From contig JAHISN010000036.1 in NCBI GenBank assembly GCA_018818265.1, positions 1 to 42,106 on the forward strand: a DNA stretch of 42,106 nucleotides. The letters are read 5' to 3'. The position numbers and the translations under genes were made by a program. Numbering within the stretch: position 1 is the first letter of the stretch; each line of letters opens with the position of its first letter. This stretch comes from Patescibacteria group bacterium (GTDB lineage Bacteria > Patescibacteriota > 4484-211). Below the pieces are notes generated by a model. That model was given only the letters and a program-made list of their open reading frames with translations, was not told where the DNA came from and did not search any database. Positions 26,443 to 34,491 of the stretch are shown one piece after another.

Positions 26443-26700
26443 TCACTTCTTCATCTCCTCCTCTTCCTTCTTCACCATCTCCAACTCTTCCTCTAATGCC
26501 TTGCGATAATCCGCAAGTTCCTCTTTAGTAGGACGAGGAGCAAATCGGCCGCCGAAAAGGCAGCCTAGTCCGCGCCGCATACCACGCCCTTGTCCCCTGC
26601 CCCATCCTTGTCCCCAGCCCATACCTCCACCGCAGGGGCCTCTACCCAAACCGGTGCCGGGACCTTGGCCTTGCGGACCTGTTCCATTTAAATTTGGCAT
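26443..26700 (-). CDS. DUF5320 family Gly/Arg-rich protein
   Basis: MPNLNGTGPQGQGPGTGLGRGPCGGG... followed by a C-terminal acidic coiled coil. Start moved to the ATG at 26700, with GAGGTGA SD 5 nt upstream; the track start at 26709 is a GTG inside that SD. Confidence 0.8.
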   Translation of the reverse strand: MPNLNGTGPQGQGPGTGLGRGPCGGGMGWGQGWGRGQGRGMRRGLGCLFGGRFAPRPTKEELADYRKALEEELEMVKKEEEEMKK

Positions 26701-26905
26701 ATTTATCACCTCTTTTCAATGACAGCCGGAAAAAACAAGTCGAAGACACAGTTTTTTCCGTTGCTAGAATTAACCCTCCGTAGCCCGCAGGGCGAAGGAG
26801 GGCTCAATGAGAACCGCCAAAGGCGGTTGTTCTATTGTTCAAATTAGCCACGTTTATCCCGATGTCCATCGGGATATTTCGTGGCTTTTACCACATTCTG
26901 AATAC
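26701..26905 (-). promoter_or_regulatory. Roughly 200-nt four-hairpin 5' leader of the DUF5320 gene (candidate cis-regulatory RNA)
   Basis: Four hairpins lie between the predicted promoter and the ATG. (1) agccacg...cgtggct with inner atcccgat/atcgggat, 26846-26886. (2) aaccgcc-aaa-ggcggtt, 26813-26828. (3) ccctcc...ggaggg with inner gccc-gca-gggc, 26775-26802. (4) cggaaaaaac/gttttttccg, 26727-26760. Confidence 0.5.
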
Positions 26906-26911
26906 ACATTC

Positions 26912-26940
26912 ATCATATATATTCAAAACCCGTTTGTCAA
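26912..26940 (-). promoter_or_regulatory. Sigma70-type promoter TTGACA-17-TATGAT (minus strand)
   Basis: Minus strand reads ttgacaaacgggttttgaatatatatgat. Confidence 0.6.
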
Positions 26941-26987
26941 GTTGGAAAAATAACTTGGAAGTATGCTCACCGCCCTGCCAGCAAAAT

Positions 26988-27016
26988 TTGACAAATTCAT
27001 TTTCTTACGCTAAGAT
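26988..27016 (+). promoter_or_regulatory. Sigma70-type promoter TTGACA-17-TAAGAT (plus strand)
   Basis: ttgacaaattcattttcttacgctaagat. Downstream: GGAGG at 27036-27040 and GTG start at 27047. Confidence 0.6.
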
Positions 27017-27046
27017 ACGGTAAAAATAAAATCGCGGAGGCAAAAG

Positions 27047-27319
27047 GTGGCGAGAAAGAAACGAAAGTCAAGGTATCGGAAAACCCACAAATTAGAAGTA
27101 ACACTGCGACTGGGAGAAGACTACAAGAATGTAATCATAGAAACAGTGAAAGGCCTTCACCATAACAGGAGCAGCACATTACCTCACACCGCTTTTGTTC
27201 CACGGGGAACGTTACTTCAGCAACGAATCACCGTAGACCTTGGGGGTGGGAAAAGCAGAATAGTCATAGTCGTCCCCAAGAGACGAATTAAACAGGGGCA
27301 AATAGAGCTGAGGTTGTAA
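27047..27319 (+). CDS. Small basic hypothetical protein (90 aa, GTG start)
   Basis: GGAGG SD 6 nt upstream. N-terminus is MARKKRKSRYRK. Own promoter and terminator. No family recognised. Confidence 0.6.
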   Translation: MARKKRKSRYRKTHKLEVTLRLGEDYKNVIIETVKGLHHNRSSTLPHTAFVPRGTLLQQRITVDLGGGKSRIVIVVPKRRIKQGQIELRL

Positions 27320-27337
27320 ACAATCCTCTTCTACACA

Positions 27338-27374
27338 AAGGCACGGCCACAACAGGCCGTGCCTTCTCTTTTTT
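27338..27374 (+). terminator. Rho-independent terminator
   Basis: aaggcacggcc-acaaca-ggccgtgcctt followed by ctctttttt. Confidence 0.8.
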
Positions 27375-27470
27375 GCCCCTTTCTCTCCTTCTCTTATCCA
27401 CCCCACCATTAATTCCGCGCCTGCGACTAATAAGTGGCATAAGCCCTGTTATTTGAACAAAGAGAATCTA

Positions 27471-27890
27471 TTACTCGAGATTACTGTATTCCCCCGGGGT
27501 TATCGTCTTTAGAGTCTTTACCTTCCTAAATTCTTTATCAAAAGTACAAAGAACAGCCTCTTTAGGAAGCTGGGTTGCAATAAGGCAATCGGCGAACTTT
27601 ATTTTGGTCTTTCGGTAAACTTTCAGCGCTTTTCTAAAATCCGTCTTCTCTATCAACGTCAAATTTCTGGTTTCCAAAATACACTCAATATCCTGCAAAA
27701 CTTTTTCTTGAGATATCTTTAAGAGTGAGGTTAAAACATAGTGCACTTCCAAAAGTACAATAGTAGAAGTGTAAGGCCTAAACCTGCCCGCTTCTGCTTC
27801 TATAAAGAAATCAACACACTCCTGATACTGCTCTTTTACATCGGCTAACAAGAACCTTAACCAGACATTGGTATCAATAAATATTTTCAT
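27471..27890 (-). CDS. vapC: PIN-domain toxin VapC
   Basis: MKIFIDTNVWLRFLL (first acidic residue motif). 139 aa. Directly downstream of an AbrB-type antitoxin. Confidence 0.85.
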   Translation of the reverse strand: MKIFIDTNVWLRFLLADVKEQYQECVDFFIEAEAGRFRPYTSTIVLLEVHYVLTSLLKISQEKVLQDIECILETRNLTLIEKTDFRKALKVYRKTKIKFADCLIATQLPKEAVLCTFDKEFRKVKTLKTITPGEYSNLE

Positions 27891-27902
27891 AACTCCTATA
27901 AT

Positions 27903-28139
27903 TTATAACCGGGAATAGTCAATTTGATCACGAACTGTCTCTAAGTTGAGCTTTTTCTTAGCCAAGGATTTATATTTCCCTCCTAGAGATAAAAGCGCGC
28001 TCTTCTGTGGGGTTATAATCAGCTTATCACCAGCTACCTCCAATCGGGCTTTAGACGATTGAGTCAAGCCCAGCTGTTCTCTAACGCGAGTAGGAACATA
28101 AATCTGCCATTGGGGGGTAATAGTTATTAACTGCGGCAT
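27903..28139 (-). CDS. vapB: AbrB/MazE/SpoVT-type antitoxin VapB
   Basis: QIYVPTRVREQLGL swapped-hairpin motif. 78 aa. Upstream partner of the PIN gene. Confidence 0.8.
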   Translation of the reverse strand: MPQLITITPQWQIYVPTRVREQLGLTQSSKARLEVAGDKLIITPQKSALLSLGGKYKSLAKKKLNLETVRDQIDYSRL

Positions 28140-28186
28140 GTTAATAACTATACTTCATTAATAATACAGTGTCAAGACAGAAAACC

Positions 28187-31100
28187 TCACGGATTAATCG
28201 TAAACATCACTGCTGAACTGGAACCGAAGACATCGGGTTGATAAAGCTCGTAGGCACGAGACGGGAGGGCAGAAAATTTACCCGGCGTGGTAGCCCGCAT
28301 TTTATAAGTAAACTCATAAATGCCCTTAGATAAATAGGTTACAAACACTAGTACACGGTCATCCCGCATCTCCCGACTAGAGTACCAGACCGGCTGACGG
28401 TAATCGGCATTCTCCCTGAGTTTCTCAAAAGTGTCTTGGTTGGAAATATGCTCGGTGGCAAATGAGACGTTAATAGGATCAAACCCCGCCGGAAAATAAT
28501 CTTCTAAAACAACATGATGGCGATTTTCCGGTACCAACAGAGTCACTCGCGTTGTAATTGTCTCACCTGCATTTATTTCCTGCACCTCGCTACCATCCTG
28601 GTTAAAATAAACTCGCTCAACAACCATGCCCTCGTCTTTAGGTTCAATCAAGTCCAAAGGGGTATGTTTTTGCAAATTAAGATGGTAGTACAAGGTCCCT
28701 GCTCCTGTCTTTTTAAGCGCCACCGGCAGTTGGTCATCCTGCACCAGATGAGCTACCGAAACCATAACCGTATCTTGTTCCAATATTCGTTTCAGATCAA
28801 AATTTCCCTCAAGGACAGAACCTCCACCGACTTTAACTGAGTAGGTAAAATCTGTCTTTTCTGTTTCCATAGCATCAATATAATCAGCCAGCGACATTAG
28901 GACACTAATCGTATTTTGCGTCGTGCTCCAATAACCGTCTTTTTTTATCTCCAGCAGATAATTTAACGCAGGCTCAATAAGCGGGTGCTTAATGGAATTA
29001 GCAAGCAAAGCCTGAATCATTAAGGCAGATGACTTAGTAGTAGAAGAAAGAGTCTCGTAAGAAAATTCTTCCTCCCAGCGAGCGGTATTCGCTGTTCTCC
29101 TAACCAGTCCCGTTAAGTCATTAAACACTCTACCCTTACTGGATTCCAAAACCTGCCGATTATGTAGTGAATGGCCGGCAAGATTTTCCATTGCCAAGTA
29201 CAAATAAATCCGACTGGAAGCGGTAAATAGTGTCGGTTGAACAATATATCTACCATACAAATTACGCGCGTAAGATACTGAGCCTTCGTTAACTAAACTG
29301 TCAACATACAAGAGATAAGCCCGTACGCGAACACTATTTAGTTCGCTCTTAAGCTGTGTTAACGAATATTCTTTAGCTGATTCATAAACTTGCCGATCAA
29401 TATTTGCGCCTGATTCCTGAACTTCATGCAGTCCCTGCAGAACATAGGCCGACAAGTATGCATTGGATGCGTTATCACCCGGCCAGTACGACCAGCCGCC
29501 ATCGACTCGCTGAGACGTATAGAGTTTTTGCAGTGAAGTAGAAATAATGCTGTCGGCATAATAAGTCTCGGTCAAAACATTAGTCCCTAACTTTTCATTC
29601 AAGCTCTGATTTAGTAGCGCCGCCAGCATCTTAGTAACAATTTGCTCCACACAATCATAAGAAAACCCCAAAGCATAATCCATTCCGCCTTCCAACTGAT
29701 TCAAAAGAGAAGCAGAAACATTTATTGACAACTCGGCCAAGCCGGCCGCACCCTCGGCCAAATCATCCTCCTCCCCAGCAAAAACCTCTACTGTTTCCGT
29801 AATCGAAGTCTTGGTATGCCCACCGGCAGACGTTGTCTCTACTGAGCTAGGGCGCTTAAGAGGCAGTGTCAATTCCAATCCATCAGTTAGACCACTCAGA
29901 CTGTCGGCTTGATAGGTAATCTTCGCCTCAGTGCCCCTTGAAATTTTCGCGGGCCAGTATAGCCTTGCCGAAGCATTAGGTTCTATAGAAACTGTTCTTA
30001 AAGTATTCTTTTCGACAAACTCAAATCCTTCGGCAGAAACGCTGGCATTCACCTGTTGACCAAAATCGGTCTGATTCTGAATCACCGCCCCCACATAAAC
30101 TTCATCTCCCCAAACCCCAAACCGCGGCAGGATCGGGCGAATATACAAATCTTCCGCCACTAAAATGTCTTTGGCCGCCGAACCGACACGGGTTTCAGCA
30201 TCCGAACCGACAAGCAAAAGGTTAAAAGTGGTTAAATTATCCGGCAGTTCAAATTTGCCTTCAGCCCTCCCCTCTTTATTTGTTCTTAAATTGGCTTCAA
30301 AGATGACTGTGTCCAGAAAGTTCTTGCGCGATGTGTCTCTCCTCGAGTCGTCAAAACCCGCACTGCCTGAGCCGCCCTTAGCCCCTAACCCCGCCCGCAC
30401 AATTAATTTCTCCAAAGAAGCAATTAGTGAGTGAGTGTTCTGAACTTGCAAATCTCTTTCAAAATAGAACTTTTGCAGGATATCTCCCAAATTAACATTA
30501 GAGAGAGAAAGGACCGCCTTATCTACTACCGCCAATGAAAAATCCGCTTCCACCGGTTGACCATCAGCATCCATAGCGGAAATTGAATACTCAACTGTCT
30601 CCTGCGGGCGATATCTTTCCTTATTGGTTTCTATGGCCAGCTCCAATTCCCGAGGCTTAATATCCACTAGTAGTTTGGTTAAGCCAATTTTAAAGTCCGG
30701 CGGGTTGAGAATTGAATTACCGGGTTTAACCGCCGTTAAAGAGACAAAAACATTAGGAACATAATTTTCTTTAATCTCTACAGTAAAGTCCTGAGAATTT
30801 CTAGGCAAATCAACCAGATGATAATCAAGCACATTTAGCCTCTCTATCGTCACTAACCCCTTGGCATCTTCAAAAGGAAGCGGGGCGAAAATACTGGCAC
30901 GTTCCCCCGCCTGATATTCACTTTTTTCCATCACTAGGTCAATACGGTCATGGTCTGCTTTTTTAAAAGAAATCGTCTCGTCATCAGCTGAAACCCAATG
31001 CGTCAACGAAGATTCCCATTGACGACCCTGAGCATCCTTGGTTTTGGCCTTAACAATGTAATATCCTGCTTTTTGTGGAATGAACGAAAAACTGCCCTCT

Positions 31101-34100
31101 CCAGAAGTTCCGGAAACAATTTGCCCTTGCTCAGTTAGAGTATCCACAGGCTCAGACTTGGTGTAGTACTGACCATCGTCACCCAATTCTTTCACATAAG
31201 TCCAAACCCTTTCGTAAACTTCCCAATTAACTTTCTGGCCAGCAATTCTTTGCTCATTAACGTTTAAAACAACCAAATCGAACTTTGATTCTAAATTTTT
31301 ATATCCGTAGTATTCGTGCGGCTTTATCCCCACCAGTCGCTCTCCGGCATACATTCGGAAATCAGCCTCATTTCCGGCAGTTTGATTGTTAACATCTTGT
31401 ACTCCCATGGCAACAACATATTCTAAAAGATTCCACCCTTCATCTTTCTCGGAATCTTTAACTAAGCTAAAACTCAGATCAAATTCCCCCTGCGAGCCGG
31501 TTCTGCCCTGTCCCTCCTCAGCATCAACAAAACTCGACGAATAACCAGAATAAGGATAAGAAAGGTAACGGGCTTGGTTAAAATAATAACCAATGTCTTG
31601 CGGCCAGGAATAATACCCGCCGCGCTTAGAAACTTCATAAGTTACCGGAGCATTGGCCACAGCGCCGCCTCCAAAGTATGAGGCGCTAAGCGAAACTTTA
31701 GCTGTGTCCCCAACAAGATATTTATCTCTATCAGTCTCAATAACAACCTGATAATCAGGTTTACGATACTCCTCAACGCGAAATGGTCGCCTAAAAACAT
31801 CCTCTCCGTACTTAACCTTTAGATAATATTCACCCATTGGCAAATCGTCGGCCAGACTGATTGAACCAGTAAAAGAACCGTAACCATCAACCAAAAGCGT
31901 CTGCCGAAAGATTTCTTCTTCGCCCAAAAACTTATACCCCTGACTTGCTACGACTTCCACTTCGGCGCCGGCTGGCGGCATGGCATAAACCACATCCTTC
32001 TCCAACCTTAAATAGCCCTTAAAAAAGACTTCCTGCCCTGGACGGTACAATGGACGGTCAAATGTCAAGAACACTTCCCGGCTTTCGCAGGAATCATAAC
32101 TTGATGAATAGACACTAAAATCATAATTGGCGATTCCATTATTAAACTCCCAGGTTACTAAAGAAACATCATCCTGCTTGCGGCCAATAGCAACAAATTT
32201 CTTATCGTCATAACCACTGCTGGTTTTAGGCCAGACAACATTTTCACGCATCACTCCATCAGCGTTAGTTTCGGCTTTTGTCAACAGTTCATTACCTATT
32301 GTGACCACCTCAATCTCCATATCGGAAACTGGCTCCGCCGTGTTAAAACTTGTTGCCCAAGTAAAAACCTGCTCTGGAGATACTTTTAGCAAGAGGCCGG
32401 TTTTAGAAAGAACCAAAATCAGATTATCATGTGCTCCCCCATCTACCCTCGCCTCCAGAAAATATATCCCCGGAAGAAACAGTTCGCCCTCTTTAGTAAT
32501 TTCGGAAACAACATTAAAAGGCACATCAGGCGTCATCCCAAAACTCTGTGACCATGTATGTATTTTTGAGTATTGGGTAAGATCCACGCTCTGCCAAATA
32601 GTTGAACGTTCAGAAGTACTCGTTCTTTCGTTTATTAGGGCCACCACCTGCGCATTAGTCAGTTCGTAGAGTTCATAGTCAATTTTTTCCACGTTAGTTA
32701 CCTTCGCCGCAACTCTGGGAACAACATCTGCGTTCTGAATAGCAATATATTTATTAACCAAGTTACTGGAAATAAGGCCAATTGTTTTGGGTAAGGGAGC
32801 TGTGGAAAATTGAATTGTGTATGTTTGCGGCAGTGAGCGCCCGTACAAATCTTTAACTGTCTGTGGAATAGTGATGGTATATTCTGTTGAAGCTTTCTGC
32901 CAAAAATAAAGTGTCGCCTTCCTGCCCCAACCGCTAACATTAAAGTCCGATTCTGGCAGAGGATTAACTTTAATCAGCTCCTCAATCTCCCCAGAATTCA
33001 TCGGCGACTTAAAAGTTAATTTAAAGGAGCCTCTCTCATAATTATCCTGACCCCAAAGAGTCTGCTTGTCATTAGGCGTAGTAAAAACTAGTCCCGGCAA
33101 GTCAGCTGTTTTAAAGTCCCAACCCAATTCCGCTTCTGAACCGTAATTACCCAATTTGCCCAACGCCCCGGAATTAAGCTGGGCATGATAAACAGTTAAT
33201 GGGTTAAGGTCCTGAATTGGTTCAAAAATGAACTCTTTATCCGAATCCCAAGAAAAATTAACCGCGACTTCCCCTCCGGCATCTTTTTCAAAAAGATCAA
33301 ATCTCTCTTCAACCGACTGCCTATTCATATCTTGAGTAAAAGTAATCATCCATTTTTGCCTCGGCCCTAAATCTTCAATGGTTTTTTCGTAGTTGTAAAT
33401 GCGAGAAAAGTAATCCTCTTTATCGTAAGACGAATATCGTTGATACGACAAATAATCCACTGCCGGACGCTGAGTAATAAAAGAAAAAGAATAATCCTCG
33501 CGAAAAATATCTCCCTGAGGCGAAACAATATCTTTGTCAATCTTCACCGTATATTTGGATGAAGGATTAAGTAATTGCGACGGTCTAAAAACATATGCCG
33601 ATGTTCCCATCCACTTGCCAACTCCATTAAGAGGCGGCTCGATACCTAGAATATTCTCTCTCTGTTCATTCTGGTCAGTCGTAGTTAGAGAAACCATCGG
33701 ACGGTCAAACATGACCGTGATTAGTGTATCCAAATTGCTGGTATCGAGCGGTGACGCAAATATTACCTTAGGGTCCCCCAAAGTAGTAAAAGAAAAGACA
33801 AAGTCCTCGCCAAGATTTTTTCCGTTCCTGCCCTTGGCGTTTTGATTTATTTGAACTGTGTAGGTAATGTTCTTTTCCAGTTTTTGTTGAGGCCTGAATA
33901 TTAATGACTGATTATTGTTCCATGTGAAATTACCGTCAGCTTGGGGCTGTATCTGAAAAGCGCCCTCTACAGATTCGCGGTTCATATCAATGTCAAAGGT
34001 AATCTCCACAACAGCTGTTGTTTCAACTTCAATCGACTCGGACGCGGGGAATACGGCAATAATATGAGGGATTTGGGTTATTTTCTGAACCTGGAGTGCT

Positions 34101-34381
34101 ATCTGCGGCAGAAAAAACATGACAAGAACAAGCACTGCTACTCCCATACCCACCAAAACCTTCGCTCTTATTGGCAAGTTTAAAAAACAAACCCTAATCT
34201 TATCCAACACTCTTTGAAATGGAGAAAGTAAACTTGATGCAAGGAAATTTCGCAACAAGCCCAATCGATCAGACAAGCGGGGAAAACGGCCCATTCCTTC
34301 TGTAGGACTTTGTTGATTGATTGACTCTTGATTTTCCATTAATGAGCCTAAGGCACTATAACCGAATAATAACCTCCACAC
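28187..34381 (-). CDS. Bacterial alpha-2-macroglobulin family protein with thioester motif, N-terminal TM anchor
   Basis: 2064 aa. CVEQ thioester at aa 1577-1580 (nt 29642-29653). TED-like repeats (RVDGGWSYWPG, KKDGYWSTTQNT). Long run of Ig-like/MG-type beta domains. TM segment VLVGMGVAVLVLVMFFLP. The start codon is uncertain (GTG 34381 or ATG 34339). Confidence 0.85.
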   Translation of the reverse strand: MWRLLFGYSALGSLMENQESINQQSPTEGMGRFPRLSDRLGLLRNFLASSLLSPFQRVLDKIRVCFLNLPIRAKVLVGMGVAVLVLVMFFLPQIALQVQKITQIPHIIAVFPASESIEVETTAVVEITFDIDMNRESVEGAFQIQPQADGNFTWNNNQSLIFRPQQKLEKNITYTVQINQNAKGRNGKNLGEDFVFSFTTLGDPKVIFASPLDTSNLDTLITVMFDRPMVSLTTTDQNEQRENILGIEPPLNGVGKWMGTSAYVFRPSQLLNPSSKYTVKIDKDIVSPQGDIFREDYSFSFITQRPAVDYLSYQRYSSYDKEDYFSRIYNYEKTIEDLGPRQKWMITFTQDMNRQSVEERFDLFEKDAGGEVAVNFSWDSDKEFIFEPIQDLNPLTVYHAQLNSGALGKLGNYGSEAELGWDFKTADLPGLVFTTPNDKQTLWGQDNYERGSFKLTFKSPMNSGEIEELIKVNPLPESDFNVSGWGRKATLYFWQKASTEYTITIPQTVKDLYGRSLPQTYTIQFSTAPLPKTIGLISSNLVNKYIAIQNADVVPRVAAKVTNVEKIDYELYELTNAQVVALINERTSTSERSTIWQSVDLTQYSKIHTWSQSFGMTPDVPFNVVSEITKEGELFLPGIYFLEARVDGGAHDNLILVLSKTGLLLKVSPEQVFTWATSFNTAEPVSDMEIEVVTIGNELLTKAETNADGVMRENVVWPKTSSGYDDKKFVAIGRKQDDVSLVTWEFNNGIANYDFSVYSSSYDSCESREVFLTFDRPLYRPGQEVFFKGYLRLEKDVVYAMPPAGAEVEVVASQGYKFLGEEEIFRQTLLVDGYGSFTGSISLADDLPMGEYYLKVKYGEDVFRRPFRVEEYRKPDYQVVIETDRDKYLVGDTAKVSLSASYFGGGAVANAPVTYEVSKRGGYYSWPQDIGYYFNQARYLSYPYSGYSSSFVDAEEGQGRTGSQGEFDLSFSLVKDSEKDEGWNLLEYVVAMGVQDVNNQTAGNEADFRMYAGERLVGIKPHEYYGYKNLESKFDLVVLNVNEQRIAGQKVNWEVYERVWTYVKELGDDGQYYTKSEPVDTLTEQGQIVSGTSGEGSFSFIPQKAGYYIVKAKTKDAQGRQWESSLTHWVSADDETISFKKADHDRIDLVMEKSEYQAGERASIFAPLPFEDAKGLVTIERLNVLDYHLVDLPRNSQDFTVEIKENYVPNVFVSLTAVKPGNSILNPPDFKIGLTKLLVDIKPRELELAIETNKERYRPQETVEYSISAMDADGQPVEADFSLAVVDKAVLSLSNVNLGDILQKFYFERDLQVQNTHSLIASLEKLIVRAGLGAKGGSGSAGFDDSRRDTSRKNFLDTVIFEANLRTNKEGRAEGKFELPDNLTTFNLLLVGSDAETRVGSAAKDILVAEDLYIRPILPRFGVWGDEVYVGAVIQNQTDFGQQVNASVSAEGFEFVEKNTLRTVSIEPNASARLYWPAKISRGTEAKITYQADSLSGLTDGLELTLPLKRPSSVETTSAGGHTKTSITETVEVFAGEEDDLAEGAAGLAELSINVSASLLNQLEGGMDYALGFSYDCVEQIVTKMLAALLNQSLNEKLGTNVLTETYYADSIISTSLQKLYTSQRVDGGWSYWPGDNASNAYLSAYVLQGLHEVQESGANIDRQVYESAKEYSLTQLKSELNSVRVRAYLLYVDSLVNEGSVSYARNLYGRYIVQPTLFTASSRIYLYLAMENLAGHSLHNRQVLESSKGRVFNDLTGLVRRTANTARWEEEFSYETLSSTTKSSALMIQALLANSIKHPLIEPALNYLLEIKKDGYWSTTQNTISVLMSLADYIDAMETEKTDFTYSVKVGGGSVLEGNFDLKRILEQDTVMVSVAHLVQDDQLPVALKKTGAGTLYYHLNLQKHTPLDLIEPKDEGMVVERVYFNQDGSEVQEINAGETITTRVTLLVPENRHHVVLEDYFPAGFDPINVSFATEHISNQDTFEKLRENADYRQPVWYSSREMRDDRVLVFVTYLSKGIYEFTYKMRATTPGKFSALPSRAYELYQPDVFGSSSAVMFTINP

Positions 34382-34491
34382 TCCCTGCCCATGTTAGTTT
34401 GTTAATTTGGTCCGCCAAGAGCAGGTAATCTTTAACTTTTAACTTTCAAACACGTAAAGGCTTCGGCAAGCTCAGCCCACGTGGCATGCTT

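Noticed and set aside
28514-33845. Several 80-122-aa plus-strand ORFs inside the A2M gene (for example 32301..32669)
   Set aside because: They are antisense to a 6.2-kb gene with clear family motifs. Their lengths are within expectation for shadow frames, and they have no SD or promoter signals.
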